A stretch of DNA of 64,000 nt, taken from Felis catus. Taxonomy: Eukaryota. The stretch is taken from NCBI RefSeq assembly GCF_018350175.1, contig NC_058372.1, forward strand, positions 133,176,001-133,240,000, given 5' to 3'. Position 1 is the first letter of the stretch; every line of letters starts with the position of its first letter. The position numbers and the translations under genes were made by a program. The notes under the pieces were generated by a model. It searched no databases. It saw only the letters and a list, made by a program, of their open reading frames with translations, and was not told the DNA's origin. Of this stretch, positions 24,060 to 35,506 are shown in pieces.

Positions 24060-25764
24060 AGGATTCATAACCTTTCAAGGAAAGTATACAGAAGGTTTGT
24101 CCTACACTTGCAATGTCAATGTCAAGGGCTTTGGGTTTCTACTCATCTCCCACATGCTTTGGACGAGTCTCGCTCACGCAGCGGTTCTCCCCATCTACAC
24201 GAATAGAAAGGAAAAGTGGATTCTGTAAGAGTTTGAATTCCTGCAGAGAGACGTGCCAATTAGATTTAAAGCATAGTTTCTATTCTCCTAATAGCTATGA
24301 TAACAAAATAATGGCAAAATGGTTTGTGTGAGCTATTTCCCAGCTTATTAGCACCACCCCTGAAAGAAAAATGCCTCCTCTCCAACCCGGGGAGCTGTTT
24401 AACAGCCACATTGCTTCTGCAAGTAGCTGCGAGGCATTGAGAGGTTTGGCTGAATCACCTCCTTGCCTCTGGTCTTTGTATCACTGCTGTCCTTAGTCCA
24501 TCACTTGGCTGAGAACGCTTTTGAGAATCGTTTGCATGCAAAAGAAATAGTATAGCGACATAAAAACCATGTCTTTCCTAGTCTCAAACCACCGTGTTAA
24601 CTGCTAGATTAAATGCTACATTTCAGCCCATGCTCCACGCATTAGTTACATGTGAAGAAAATTAAAACTCGGTTGACCTTCAGGATCCGGGAGGAGGACA
24701 TAGGAGAAGAGGTGCTGAGCTGAGTTTAATGTTCTGTAGCAAACAAGGGGAAAAGATATAGAGATACGGATTTTGAGGGAAATGTTAATTATCTAAAGCT
24801 TAATTACAGATAACATCATGAGGAGAAAACATAAAAGACTTGAAATGCAGCCAAAGCATTTCCCTAAGAACATTAAAAAATGATTGTTGTTTACAATTCG
24901 CAAATCGCACAGACATAAAGCTGAGACAGGAAACACCGTCAGGCTGAAAGTAAGAACGCAACCTGCTCTTTTAAAAGCAGCGCAGAAGAGAAGTGATAGT
25001 GATGCAGTTAGCTCATGTTTGGGGAAGTCAACGAGATTCTGTCCATGTCTCTCTCCCCTTTGAAATAAAAATGAGGAGATCACTGGCAAACACATAGAAG
25101 TAAAATCCAAGGAGATGTCACAGCCCAAATAAAAATAAATAATTTAGGAGGTCTTACAATGGGAACTAAAATAATGTAGGATTCACAGGCATTTATCTCC
25201 CTATAAGTACAATAGAAATAAAGGAAGCAAGATTTTTACGTTCCTGTCACTTCATTACTGAATCCAGCGATATGAAAATCTACCTTTTCATTCAAACATA
25301 ATTTCCGTTCACTGCAGCAAAGAATGGCTTCCATTTATCCAGTCTGCTCTTGAGAGAGCAGTCTAGTCTGGTCTGCTATTTAGTTTATTCTTTGTCTTTT
25401 TTTTTTTTCCTTACAATTGGTATCTATTAATTTCCAATTACCTTTAAAGGGGAGTTTCTGGAGAATGCAATGTAGCATTTTGAAAGGAGTTTTGCTTTCA
25501 AAGGAGGCTCTAGGAATTGAGTCCCTGGAAGTTCCTATTTGCCTGAAACCAATGGGACACAATGTTCTTGGGATAGAGGTGTTTGGGTTCCAGGGCCATG
25601 GGCGTGCAGGCCACAGCTCTTGATTCTGGCCCACTGGGCTCTCATGGTGTTGCACTAGCTGATACAGAAGTGTTGTGGATCTTTCCAGAAACAGTAGAGT
25701 TGCAACTAGAGGGCTGAACACTTGGTACTTTTTTCCAAAAAAAATGGGGATATAGTGAACTCTT

Positions 25765-26235
25765 TCTTTTTCTTTCTTTTTTTTTTTTTTGTCAAGTTTT
25801 TATTTAAACTCTCGTTCATTAACACATACGGTAAAATTGGTTTCAGGTGTATAATTTAGTGATTCATCACTTTGCACACAACACCCAGTGCTCATCACAA
25901 GTGCCCTCTTGCATATCCATCACCCATCTGACGCATTCCCCCACCCACCTCCCCTCCATCAACCCTGTTCGTTCTCTATCATTAAGAGTCTCTTATGTTT
26001 TGCTTCCCCCTCTCTTTTTTTTCTCCCTTCCCTGATACTCATCTGTTTTGTCTTTTAAATTTCATATATGACTGCAATAAAGATGTGGTATACGCGTACA
26101 ATGGAATATTACTAAGCCATCAAAAAGAATGCAATCTTGCCACGTGCAATGATGTGGATAGACCCGGAGTGCATTATGCTAAGCAAAATAAGTCAGCCAG
26201 AGAAAGACTAATACCGTGTGCTTTCACTCACATGT
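25765..26235 (-). mobile_element. Carnivore L1 insertion with 5' inversion (twin priming)
   Basis: Poly-T plus antisense 3' UTR at ~25765-26071, then sense-strand ORF2 end at ~26075-26235. Flanks tagtgaactct/tagtgaaactct. Confidence 0.88.
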
Positions 26236-26434
26236 AGTGAAACTCTCTGTGGCTGAAGGTTTTCTACAATTATATTTGGGTGAGTACCTAGAGAGAGCAG
26301 AGTTATTGAAGGGGAAGGAGAGTGAGAACTACGGACAGTAAACCTGACTAAGTCACAGGTTTACTGAGAGAACGATTAGACATTTAATGATGATAACTTG
26401 CTGACTTTGAAGAAAATAAAAACAATTTTAAACT

Positions 26435-26480
26435 TGATAAGCATTTATTGAATGAATGAATGAATGAATGAATGAATGAA
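26435..26480 (+). repeat. (TGAA)n, probable L2 3' tail
   Basis: ataagcatttattgaatgaatgaatg... Confidence 0.75.
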
Positions 26481-26569
26481 GAGATCAGAGGTCTCCACTT
26501 GCTGACAGCTACCGAGGACTTGTTCTTTGTCCCGTTTCTTGATGCAGTTTTTTTTTTCCTCTCCCTTTC

Positions 26570-27022
26570 CGTTTTAATTGAGATAGTCACGTAAAATAAA
26601 GTTATCCATTTTAAAGCGAGGGACTCCGTGACATTTAGTATACTCACAGTGGTGTGCAGCCATGACTTCTATTTAGTTCCAAAGTATTTTCATCATCTTA
26701 CACTGAAACCTTGAGTGTATTAAACAGTTACTCCCATTCCCTCTTTCTCTAGCCCCTGGCAACCACCTGTTTCTGTTCTCTCTCCCAGGGCTTATTCTGG
26801 ATAGTTCATTCAGATAGAATCATACGATATGTGACCTTTTGTGTGAGCTGTTTTTATTTTCCATAATATTTGTGAGGTTTGTCCACATTGAAGCCTGTAG
26901 CAGAGGGCCATTCTTTTTTATGGCTGTATAATACTCCACCGTATGGATAGACAATTTATGTAGCCATTCATCTCTTGATAGGCTTTTGGGTTGTTTTCAC
27001 CTTTTGGCTATTGTGAATAATG
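26570..27022 (-). mobile_element. L1MB-like 3' end
   Basis: ttttaattgagata...catttagtatactcacagtggtgtgcagccat...cccctggcaaccac...ggctattgtgaataatg. Confidence 0.85.
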
Positions 27023-27189
27023 AAGCAAAATTTGGGGGGGGAGAGGTTTTATAAAATGCCATTGGGGTAAGCGAATGAGGAATCAAACGGGGTGAAAATT
27101 AAAGGGCATATAAGCCACTTTTTTGTCCTGCAAGAACAGGGTTTTTCTTTCTTTTTTTTTTAAATAAATACTGAGATAATTTTTTGTAG

Positions 27190-27345
27190 AAAACCCACCT
27201 TACGAGAAATAATAAAAGAATTTCTTCAGACTGAAATCAGGTGAGCTAATATAAGAATATGAATGTACATAAAAATACACAGAGCACTGCTAGAGGTAAT
27301 TGTGGACAATAGAGCAGGGTATCTTAGTATTTGTTTTCTTACCTT
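27190..27345 (+). mobile_element. Old L1 fragment (ORF1 end / inter-ORF)
   Basis: ccaccttacgagaaataataaaagaatttcttcagactgaa...agagcactgctagaggtaat. Confidence 0.5.
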
Positions 27346-27354
27346 TTTTGATTT

Positions 27355-27857
27355 TTCAAATAGGCTTTATTTTTTAGAGCAGATTTAGGTGCACAGCAAA
27401 ACTGAGTGGAGACTATCGAGAGTTCCCGTGTTACCATCCCCACCCCCGTGTACATCCTCTGTCACCATCAATATCCCATACCAGCGTGGTATACTTGTGA
27501 CCATCGATGAATATACATTAACACCTCATTATCATCCAAAGTCCGTAGATTACATTAGCGTTCACTCTTATTGTACATTCTGAGTCTGACAAATGTATAA
27601 TGACCTGAATCCACCATTATAGTATCACACAGAATAATTTCACTGCCCCAGAAAATCCTCTGTGCTCATACGTCATCCCTCTTTCCTCTCTGACCCCTGG
27701 CAACCATGCGTCTTTCTACTGACTCCACAGCCTTGCCTTTCATGGAATGTCATGGAATGTCATGGAATGTCATGGAATCTCATGGAATGTCATGGAATGT
27801 CGTATACAGTGCATAGCCTCTTCAGATGGTCTTCTTTTACTTATTAATATACATTTG
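27355..27857 (-). mobile_element. L1MC-like 3' end
   Basis: tttttagagcagatttaggtgcacagcaaaactgagtgg...cattatcatccaaagtcc..ag.ttacattag.gttcactctt. Confidence 0.85.
27741..27800. repeat. 10-bp tandem repeat (CATGGAATGT)x6
   Basis: Five exact units plus one CATGGAATCT. Confidence 0.97.
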
Positions 27858-28805
27858 ACCATGAACAGGGTCTTTAATTCAGAATGCTTTCAGCGGTTTT
27901 TCTAAACAGGGTATTAGAACTCCTCAGAACATTTGAAAATCTACAACAGCCCCTACTTTTCGTGACAGAAGACCAGACTGAGGCAGGAGGGGAGACAGTC
28001 TAGTTTCAGTGACTATCACAGGAGCCTTCAAACTGAGGCTCCATTCAGTGGATTCAGGGGACCCTCCTCTCCGCCTGGGGGTTCTGGCGACCCAGTCTTC
28101 CACTCAGTGGCTATCAAAACAGCCCTAACATGGCTGCTGCTCTCACCCGAGGCGGGAGGGTCCCTGGCCCACCCCTACCACAGCCTCCACATCATAAGGA
28201 GGTACCCTATTCATACTTGCCCTTGTTCCTCTTGAGGAACGACGGAGTCCCCAAAGTGGCATCTTCAGAACCTTCCCAACGTACTCCTCAGCCTACCCTG
28301 TAACCAGTCAGGATCCCAAATAAGTCCCCTTGGGGAAACTTTATCCTGGGCTTTCTGCACAGGGTTTGGGAGAAATCTGTGGCTTCCATTTGTTTTTAAA
28401 AGACAATTAGTCTGTTCTCTTTCGAACCTGTATCCCCAGACCCCGCCTAGGCCTCATACAGCCAGGATTCCAGGCATCCTGCCTCGGTGCCCAGACTCTC
28501 ACAGCGGCTGTGTGGACAGGATGCCAGCTCAACCCAGATTAGCTTTCATTGCTTCATGGTCTTTTTTTTTTTTTTTTAATCATTTTGAACCCTTTCCAGT
28601 GAGGTATAAATACAATAGCTTTAATTGCATTTATACCCAGAATCCCATGGAAAAGAAAACTTACTGATGAAAAGCTAAGCGACAGACTGAACGGAAACCA
28701 CAGTTGAAATTTTTCATTCAATCGTTTTTAAGTGAAAATAAATAATTTACTTAAATGTATTACAAATACGTTTGAAATGAGATTAGAAACGTAAGCATTT
28801 TTAAA

Positions 28806-29020
28806 TTTTTTTTTTTTCAACGTTTATTTATTTTTGGGACAGAGAGAGACAGAGCACGAACGGGGGAGGGTCAGAGAGAGGGGGAGACACAGAATCGGAA
28901 ACAGGCTCCAGGCTCCGAGCCATCAGCCCAGAGCCCGACGCGGGGCTCGAACTCCCGGACCGCGAGATCGTGACCTGGCTGAAGTCGGACGCTTAACCGA
29001 CTGCGCCACCCAGGCGCCCC
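28806..29020 (-). mobile_element. CanSINE, youngest felid subfamily
   Basis: CpGs intact, cagccaggtcacgatctcgcggtcc subfamily signature. TSD agaaacgtaagcatttttaaa identical on both sides. Confidence 0.97.
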
Positions 29021-29966
29021 GAGAAACGTAAGCATTTTTAAAAGGTGTCAGAGGGAGGGATTGACAACTGTTGGTGAGTTTTGACTGCCCTGGCCACCCC
29101 TCCTGGGGTATAAACACAGCTGCCCTTCAGTATTTAGGGCCCTTTCATCCTCTCTGGTCTTCAGATTTTTTTCACAAAAGACCTTTTCCCTCTAAAAGTG
29201 GTGGGTGACAGCGGAGAAGGAAGCTGCAAAATACATTTGAGTTGCTCCGTCCGGCTGGACCTTCAGAGCACAAATGCCCAGACCACGTGTCCTGAAGTCC
29301 CCAGCCAGCCAATTCGACTTCCCTCTGCGCATTTTATCATTCCTTCAGCAAACGATTATTAGAATCTCATCTCTCCCAGATCGCTTTCATTCCTGTGATT
29401 AGTCACTCATACCTCTAATTTTCCTGTCCAATTACAAATTCTTGGTTTTTCTGCTTACTTCCAAGGTGTTCTCGTATATAACAAAGAAGCATGTAGCAAA
29501 CAAATGGTGTAAACTTGGCTAACAGGTTAGAAATGACAAGGAGAGGGGCCCGATCTAACTGGATCGCTGTGTACTGTGAAAACGTAGCCATTTGCAAATG
29601 TTAAAAAGCAAAAAGCGATTTTCCATCAATTCCAAAATCAGACTACCTTTGTCTAGAAGTTATTATTTAAGCCTGAGTTAGAATTACATGGAGAAATGAA
29701 CTATCCATGTCACATTTTCTGATTCAAAAATGGAAAAAAGTTGGTGGATGATCCGTAGACACAGTACTATTAAGGTCTAAGAATGGAGACGTATAGTGAT
29801 TCTGGTAAGAATTGCCGATCAATCCACCCGGAAAAATTGAACAAACTGGCCTAGACGTGGTCACAGTACTCAGCCTAGTGAAGGTTACGTTGCTTTCTAA
29901 TCTGGAAACTGATTCCTATTAAGACCCAGCGACAGCATTTGGGCCCTTTGTTTTAAATAAGCCCAT

Positions 29967-30468
29967 CGTGGAAATAAATGAACAACCAAATAAGAAAACC
30001 AAAGATTATTTATTCACAGTTTGGTATTGCAAGGGAGCCAGCCACCATCACTTGGGTTTTGACAGAGGCTCAAAGACAGATTGAGGAATGGGAAACCTTC
30101 AGGCGTGCCCTAGTGGAGCGGGAGGCAGGGAGAAGCTGTAGACAGTTAACTGGAATCCCGTATGATTTGCTACAGGTATGTATTTGACTCGCTCTGGTTG
30201 GTTCTGAGTTGGAAGGAAGGCCAAAAATCAGGGAAGCTGTCAGTTCTTAATCAAGTCCTGGCCATTTTGAGCCGATTGTTACAGAAGATATCACATTAGT
30301 TTCCTGGATTGTTACTAGAGATAGTGGTCTGGCTTCCTACGAGTCTGATGGAAGCAGGTTGACATCCTAGGCTGGTTACTATCGACCGTGGGCTGATGGC
30401 TACAGCTCCTGGGACAGGGCTCTCTTTGTACACATGGTCTGGCCATCGTCCGTATGTTCCGTCTTTCA
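29967..30468 (-). mobile_element. ERV1-class solo LTR (MER67/MER89-like; name tentative)
   Basis: The reverse complement starts TGAAAGACGGAACATACGGACGATGGCCAGACCAT. Internal gcaagggagccagccaccatcactt. 4-bp TSD ccat/tcat. Confidence 0.7.
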
Positions 30469-31044
30469 TCATCAGACTGAGTTTACACATGTGCCTCAAT
30501 CCTCCTGAAGATACCTTCATCCAGGATTCAGTTTTACTTTCAGCATTTTGGGGGGCCAGAAGCAGGCTGTACAACAACCAGTCCCACTGGAGACGTCTCC
30601 GTTGATGCTGGGTGCGGTTACAGAGTAGGGCCTTCATCATCTAGGAGCAGGGTACTGCCTCGAATCTCTGCCTGGCACAGTGCACCACTCACCAGGCCCC
30701 ATAAATAACCGTCTTACATGTAAGTGGTCCTGTGCTTTTTTTCACAGAACGATAATAGGTATCATGTACTGAATCCTTACTATTCCTTTGAGGGCCTCGA
30801 AAGCTAAACAAAGAAAACTAAAATTTATACGCGTTATGCGATAGTGAACAAATGCACGTTCTTTAAATAGAAAATAATATGATTAAAGCCACGGTTCAAG
30901 AACATTAATAATCTGTCAGGGATAGTGAAATGTTTTTGTAGGGAGAAGAATGAGCTCCAGAGCCCATCCAGGAAGGTGCTAGAGCAATTTGGGCCTCATG
31001 TGATGAGATTCTACATGGAACAAAAAACAGAAGAGAGATAGATG

Positions 31045-31452
31045 NNNNNNNNNNNNNNNNNNNNNNNNNNNNNNNNNNNNNNNNNNNNNNNNNNNNNNNN
31101 NNNNNNNNNNNNNNNNNNNNNNNNNNNNNNNNNNNNNNNNNNNNNNNNNNNNNNNNNNNNNNNNNNNNNNNNNNNNNNNNNNNNNNNNNNNNNNNNNNNN
31201 NNNNNNNNNNNNNNNNNNNNNNNNNNNNNNNNNNNNNNNNNNNNNNNNNNNNNNNNNNNNNNNNNNNNNNNNNNNNNNNNNNNNNNNNNNNNNNNNNNNN
31301 NNNNNNNNNNNNNNNNNNNNNNNNNNNNNNNNNNNNNNNNNNNNNNNNNNNNNNNNNNNNNNNNNNNNNNNNNNNNNNNNNNNNNNNNNNNNNNNNNNNN
31401 NNNNNNNNNNNNNNNNNNNNNNNNNNNNNNNNNNNNNNNNNNNNNNNNNNNN
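31045..31452. other. Assembly gap (N-run)
   Basis: N characters. Confidence 1.
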
Positions 31453-31495
31453 CTTGGTTGTTTATTGATAAAGAATTGGCATGATTTAAAATACA

Positions 31496-31779
31496 GGGCA
31501 CCTGGGTGTCTCAGTCGGTTAAGTATGTGACTTCAGCTCAGGTCATGATCTCCCAGTTCATGAGTTCGAGCCCCACATCAGGCTCTGTGCTGACAGCTCA
31601 GAGCCCGGAGCCTGCTTCAGATTCTGTGTCTCCCTCTCTCTCTGCCCCTCCTCCACTCATGCTCTGTCTCTCTCTGTTTCTCAAAAATGAATAAATGTTA
31701 AAACGAAATGAAATGAAATGAAATGAAATGAAATGAAATGAAATAAAATAAAATAAAATAAAATAAAATAAAATAAAAT
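31496..31779 (+). mobile_element. CanSINE with an (AAATG)7(AAATA)n tail
   Basis: Full body; tail converted to pentanucleotide repeats at 31706-31779. Confidence 0.95.
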
Positions 31780-31804
31780 CCTCCCAGGATTTTTTGTTCC
31801 GTCT

Positions 31805-32995
31805 AAAAACAAAAGCAAAAATAAACTGTCGGGACTACATCAAAATAAAAAGCTAAGGAAGTGCTCAATAAGACTAAAAGACAACCTATGGAATGGAAAA
31901 AGATATTTTGCAAATGACATACCTGATAAAGAGTATCCGAAATATATAAAGAATTTATACAACTCAACATCAAAAAATATACGTATTTTGATTANNNNNN
32001 NNNNNNNNNNNNNNNNNNNNNNNNNNNNNNNNNNNNNNNNNNNNNNNNNNNNNNNNNNNNNNNNNNNNNNNNNNNNNNNNNNNNNNNNNNNNNNNNNNNN
32101 NNNNNNNNNNNNNNNNNNNNNNNNNNNNNNNNNNNNNNNNNNNNNNNNNNNNNNNNNNNAAGAAAAAAAAAGTGTTGACAAGGATATGGAGAAAAAGGAA
32201 CTTCATGTACTGTTGGAGGCAATGCAAACTGGTATAGCCACTGTGGAAAACAGTACAGAGATTCCTCAAACAATTATGAATAGAAATATCATATGATCCA
32301 GCAAATCTACTACTGGGTATTTACCCCAAGAATACAACAACACTAATTCGAAAAGATATATGTAGCCCTATATTTATTGCAGCATTATTTATGATAACCA
32401 AATTATGGAAGTAGCCCAAGTATCCATTGATAGATGAATGGATAAAGATGTGCTGTATGTGTGTGTGTGTGTATATATATCATATTACTTATGTGTGTGT
32501 GTGTGTGTATCATAATACTACTTATGTGTGTATGTGTATATATATCATAATATTATTTATATTACTTATAACGTAATATTACTCAGCCATAAAAAAGAAC
32601 AAAATCTTGCCATTTGCAACAACATGGATGGATATAGAGAATATAATGGCTAAGCAAAGTAAGTCAGTCAGAGAAAGACAAATATATGATTTCACTCATA
32701 TGTGGAACTTAAGAAACAAAACAGATGAGCATAAGGGAAGAGAAGAAAAAAGAAGATAAAAACCGAGAGGGAGACAAACCAGAAGAGACTCTTACATACA
32801 GAGAACAAAGTGAGGATTGCTGGAGGGGTGTCTGGTAAAAGCATGGGCTAACTGGGTGATGGGCATTAAGGAGGGCACTTGTTGGGATGAGCACTGAGTG
32901 TTATGTGTAAGTGACGAATCACTAAACTCTACTCCTGAAATCATTATTACACTGTATGTTAACTAACTAGGATTTACATTTTAAAAATTTAAGAA
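31805..32995 (+). mobile_element. Carnivore L1 3' portion (decayed ORF2 and 3' UTR), containing gap 31995-32159
   Basis: acaaaagcaaaaataaac..gggactacatcaaaataaaaagct; tgttgacaaggatatggagaaaa; gatgaatggataaagatgtg; 3' UTR ggtgatgggcattaaggagggcactt...tgttaactaact. Confidence 0.92.
31995..32159. other. Assembly gap (N-run)
   Basis: N characters. Confidence 1.
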
Positions 32996-32999
32996 AAGA

Positions 33000-33222
33000 G
33001 GGGCGCCTGGGTGGCTCAGTCGGTTGAGCGACCGACTTCGGCTCAGGTCACGATCTCACGGTTTGTGAGTTTGAGCCCCGCATCGGGCTCTGTGCTGACA
33101 GCTCAGAACCTGGAGCCTGTTTCAGATTCTGTGTCTCCCTCTCTCTCTGCTCCTTCCCCGCTCGTGCTCTGTCTCTCTCTGTCTCTCTCAAAAATAAATA
33201 AACATTAAAAAAATTTTTTTTT
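33000..33222 (+). mobile_element. CanSINE inserted into the L1 A-tail
   Basis: TSD aatttaagaaa on both sides. Confidence 0.95.
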
Positions 33223-33750
33223 TAATTTAAGAAAGGAAAAAGAAAAGAAAGGATAGACTATTTTCCTAGTGAGCCATGATGTTTGGCAAACTCAGAACTG
33301 TCCTTAAAACTTTTAGTAAAAGCTAATACCATGTCTCAGAAAATTAATGATAACAAGTCTGTGACATATTAAATAAAAATGACAATTAAAAGGATGTATG
33401 CTATGATTCCAATTTAGAAGCAAATAAATGTATCTTTTCACCACCATATGAATGAAGATGGATGTGACATGTATCTATATGTCGACAGTCATTATTTATG
33501 GGGAGTAGGATTGTGGCTAATTTTTCTCTTCCATATTTTTTGCCTTTTTCAAATATTGAAGAATCAGCATGTATGATTCTATTAACAGAGATAAATTTTA
33601 ACGTAACAGTGGTTAATCTCTAGATTTAGCATTTTCGTAGGGCGAAATAGCAACAGAGAAGTTAGGGGATTTCACCATTGTCTAAGGCCTTAGTCTCCCA
33701 CAGAAAACTTGTTTTTGTTTTTGTTTTTTTTTTTTTTAAATTACAGAAGT

Positions 33751-33893
33751 GATTGCCTGGATGGCTTAGTTTGCTAAGCATCTGACTCTTGCTTTCAGCT
33801 CAGGTCATGATCTCAGGGTCATGTGTTCAAGCCCTGCGTTAGGCTCCATGCTGGTCACGAGGCCTACTTTAAAAAAAAAAAAGAAAAGAAAAA
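33751..33893 (+). mobile_element. Short CanSINE (first unit of a tandem pair)
   Basis: Head ...gcctggatggcttag..., ends cctacttt plus an A-run. Confidence 0.88.
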
Positions 33894-33895
33894 TA

Positions 33896-34088
33896 GGGGC
33901 ACCTAGTGGCTTAGTTGGTTAAGCATCGAACTCTTGATTTCCACTCAGGTCATGATCCCAGGGTTATGGGATGGGACCCCACATCAGGCTCCGTGCTGGT
34001 CACGGAGCCTACTTAAGATTCTCTCTCTCCCTCTCTCTCTCAGCCCCCCACCCTCCCTTTCTCTCTCTCTCAAAAAAAAAGTGAATAA
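33896..34088 (+). mobile_element. CanSINE (second unit of the tandem pair)
   Basis: The pair shares the TSD aaattacagaagt (33738-33750 / 34087-34099). Confidence 0.9.
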
Positions 34089-34494
34089 ATTACAGAAGTA
34101 GTTTCCACTATAATTATTTGAAAACTATTGCCTTTACATTTCTTACCTTCCTAGAAATGTCATGGTTCATGTTTTTCTCCCCATTTTCTTTCTGATCAAA
34201 CCAAATATCTCTGTTGTCCTGAAAATTATAGTTCCGGCATAGACCCCCAAAAAACATATTTCTGTTTCATTTTCGGAAAATTGGGCCTTGTGTCAAATTT
34301 AATTGAAGTGGCTGAACTACTGAGTTTGGTCTAACATTGCAGTTTGGTCCTTGTTCAAACAGACGGCAACTGTGCTTTTCTCCTTGAGTTTCAAGTTTGT
34401 AAATGTTGTTCTGTCTTCGCTTAACAAACCATATTGTTTTCACATCTAATCCTTGTCACTGGAAGACCTTTGGCAATCAACTTTTCTATGCCTC

Positions 34495-34766
34495 TTTTTT
34501 TTTTTTTTTTAAAGATCGGTCACCATTTAGGAGATTCCGTTTCTTTTTTTTTTTTAATTTTTTTTAACGTTTATTTATTTTTGAGACAGAGAGAGACAGA
34601 GCATGAACGGGGGAGGGTCAGAGAGAGGGAGACACAGAATCTGAAACAGGCTCCAGGCTCTGAGCCATCAGCACAGAGCCTGATGCAGGGCTTCAACTCA
34701 CGAACCGCAAGATCATGACCTGAGCCAAAGTCGGAGGCTCAACCGACTGAGCCACCCAGGCGCCCC
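34495..34766 (-). mobile_element. CanSINE with a 33-nt 3' extension and second poly-A
   Basis: TSD ttttctatgcctctttt/ttttctatgcttctttt encloses SINE, A-run, unique tag and a second A-run. Confidence 0.93.
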
Positions 34767-35071
34767 ATTTTCTATGCTTCTTTTGTCCACCCTCTAAAAT
34801 GGAAATATCTTGGATGGGTCAACCAAGTGCTAATTCGAGCTACTGGCCATTCTGAGGATGGAATCCGAAAGACCAGCGGCACCAAAACGTTTGAAAATAA
34901 AAATAACAAAGATGTCTGTGTTTACTCATTCTGATCATCTTAATTACTTCCCTCTGCTATAAAATCCATCCATGTGTAATGGGTATCATTTGGAATTTTA
35001 TTCACTTTAGTCAAAATCGACAGTATTTTGTGTTATCCCATTTTTTAGACACATAACATTGAACTTTTGTA

Positions 35072-35296
35072 TTTTTAATTTTTTTGAAGTTGATTTATTT
35101 ATTTTGAAAAAGAGAGAGAGAGTGAGATAACATGAGTGGGGGGAGGCAGACAGAGAGGGAGAGAGAGAATCCCAAGCAGGCTCAGCGCTGTCGGTGTGGA
35201 ACCCTACGCAGGGCTCAGACCCATGAACCACGAGTTGGTGACCCGAGCTAAAATGAAGAGTTGGATGCTCAACTGACTGAGCCCCCCGGGTGCCCC
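35072..35296 (-). mobile_element. CanSINE
   Basis: Antisense structure. Confidence 0.92.
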
Positions 35297-35315
35297 AAAT
35301 TATGTTTAATGTTCA

Positions 35316-35506
35316 TTTATTTATTCTGAGAGAGAGAGAGAGGGAAAGGATAGGTGGAGGAGGGGCCGAGGGAGGGAGGGAATCGGAAGCAGGCTTCCAT
35401 TTCCAGCACGGAGCCTGACGCAGGGCTCAATCTCATGACCACAAGGTCACAACCTGAGCAGCTATCAAGAGTCAGACGCTTAACTGACTCAGCCACCCAG
35501 GCACCG
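35316..35506 (-). mobile_element. CanSINE
   Basis: Antisense structure. Confidence 0.9.

Noticed and set aside
27741-27800. CRISPR-like or satellite array
   Set aside because: The context is eukaryotic, there are no spacers, and it is only 60 bp of direct tandem repeat inside an L1.
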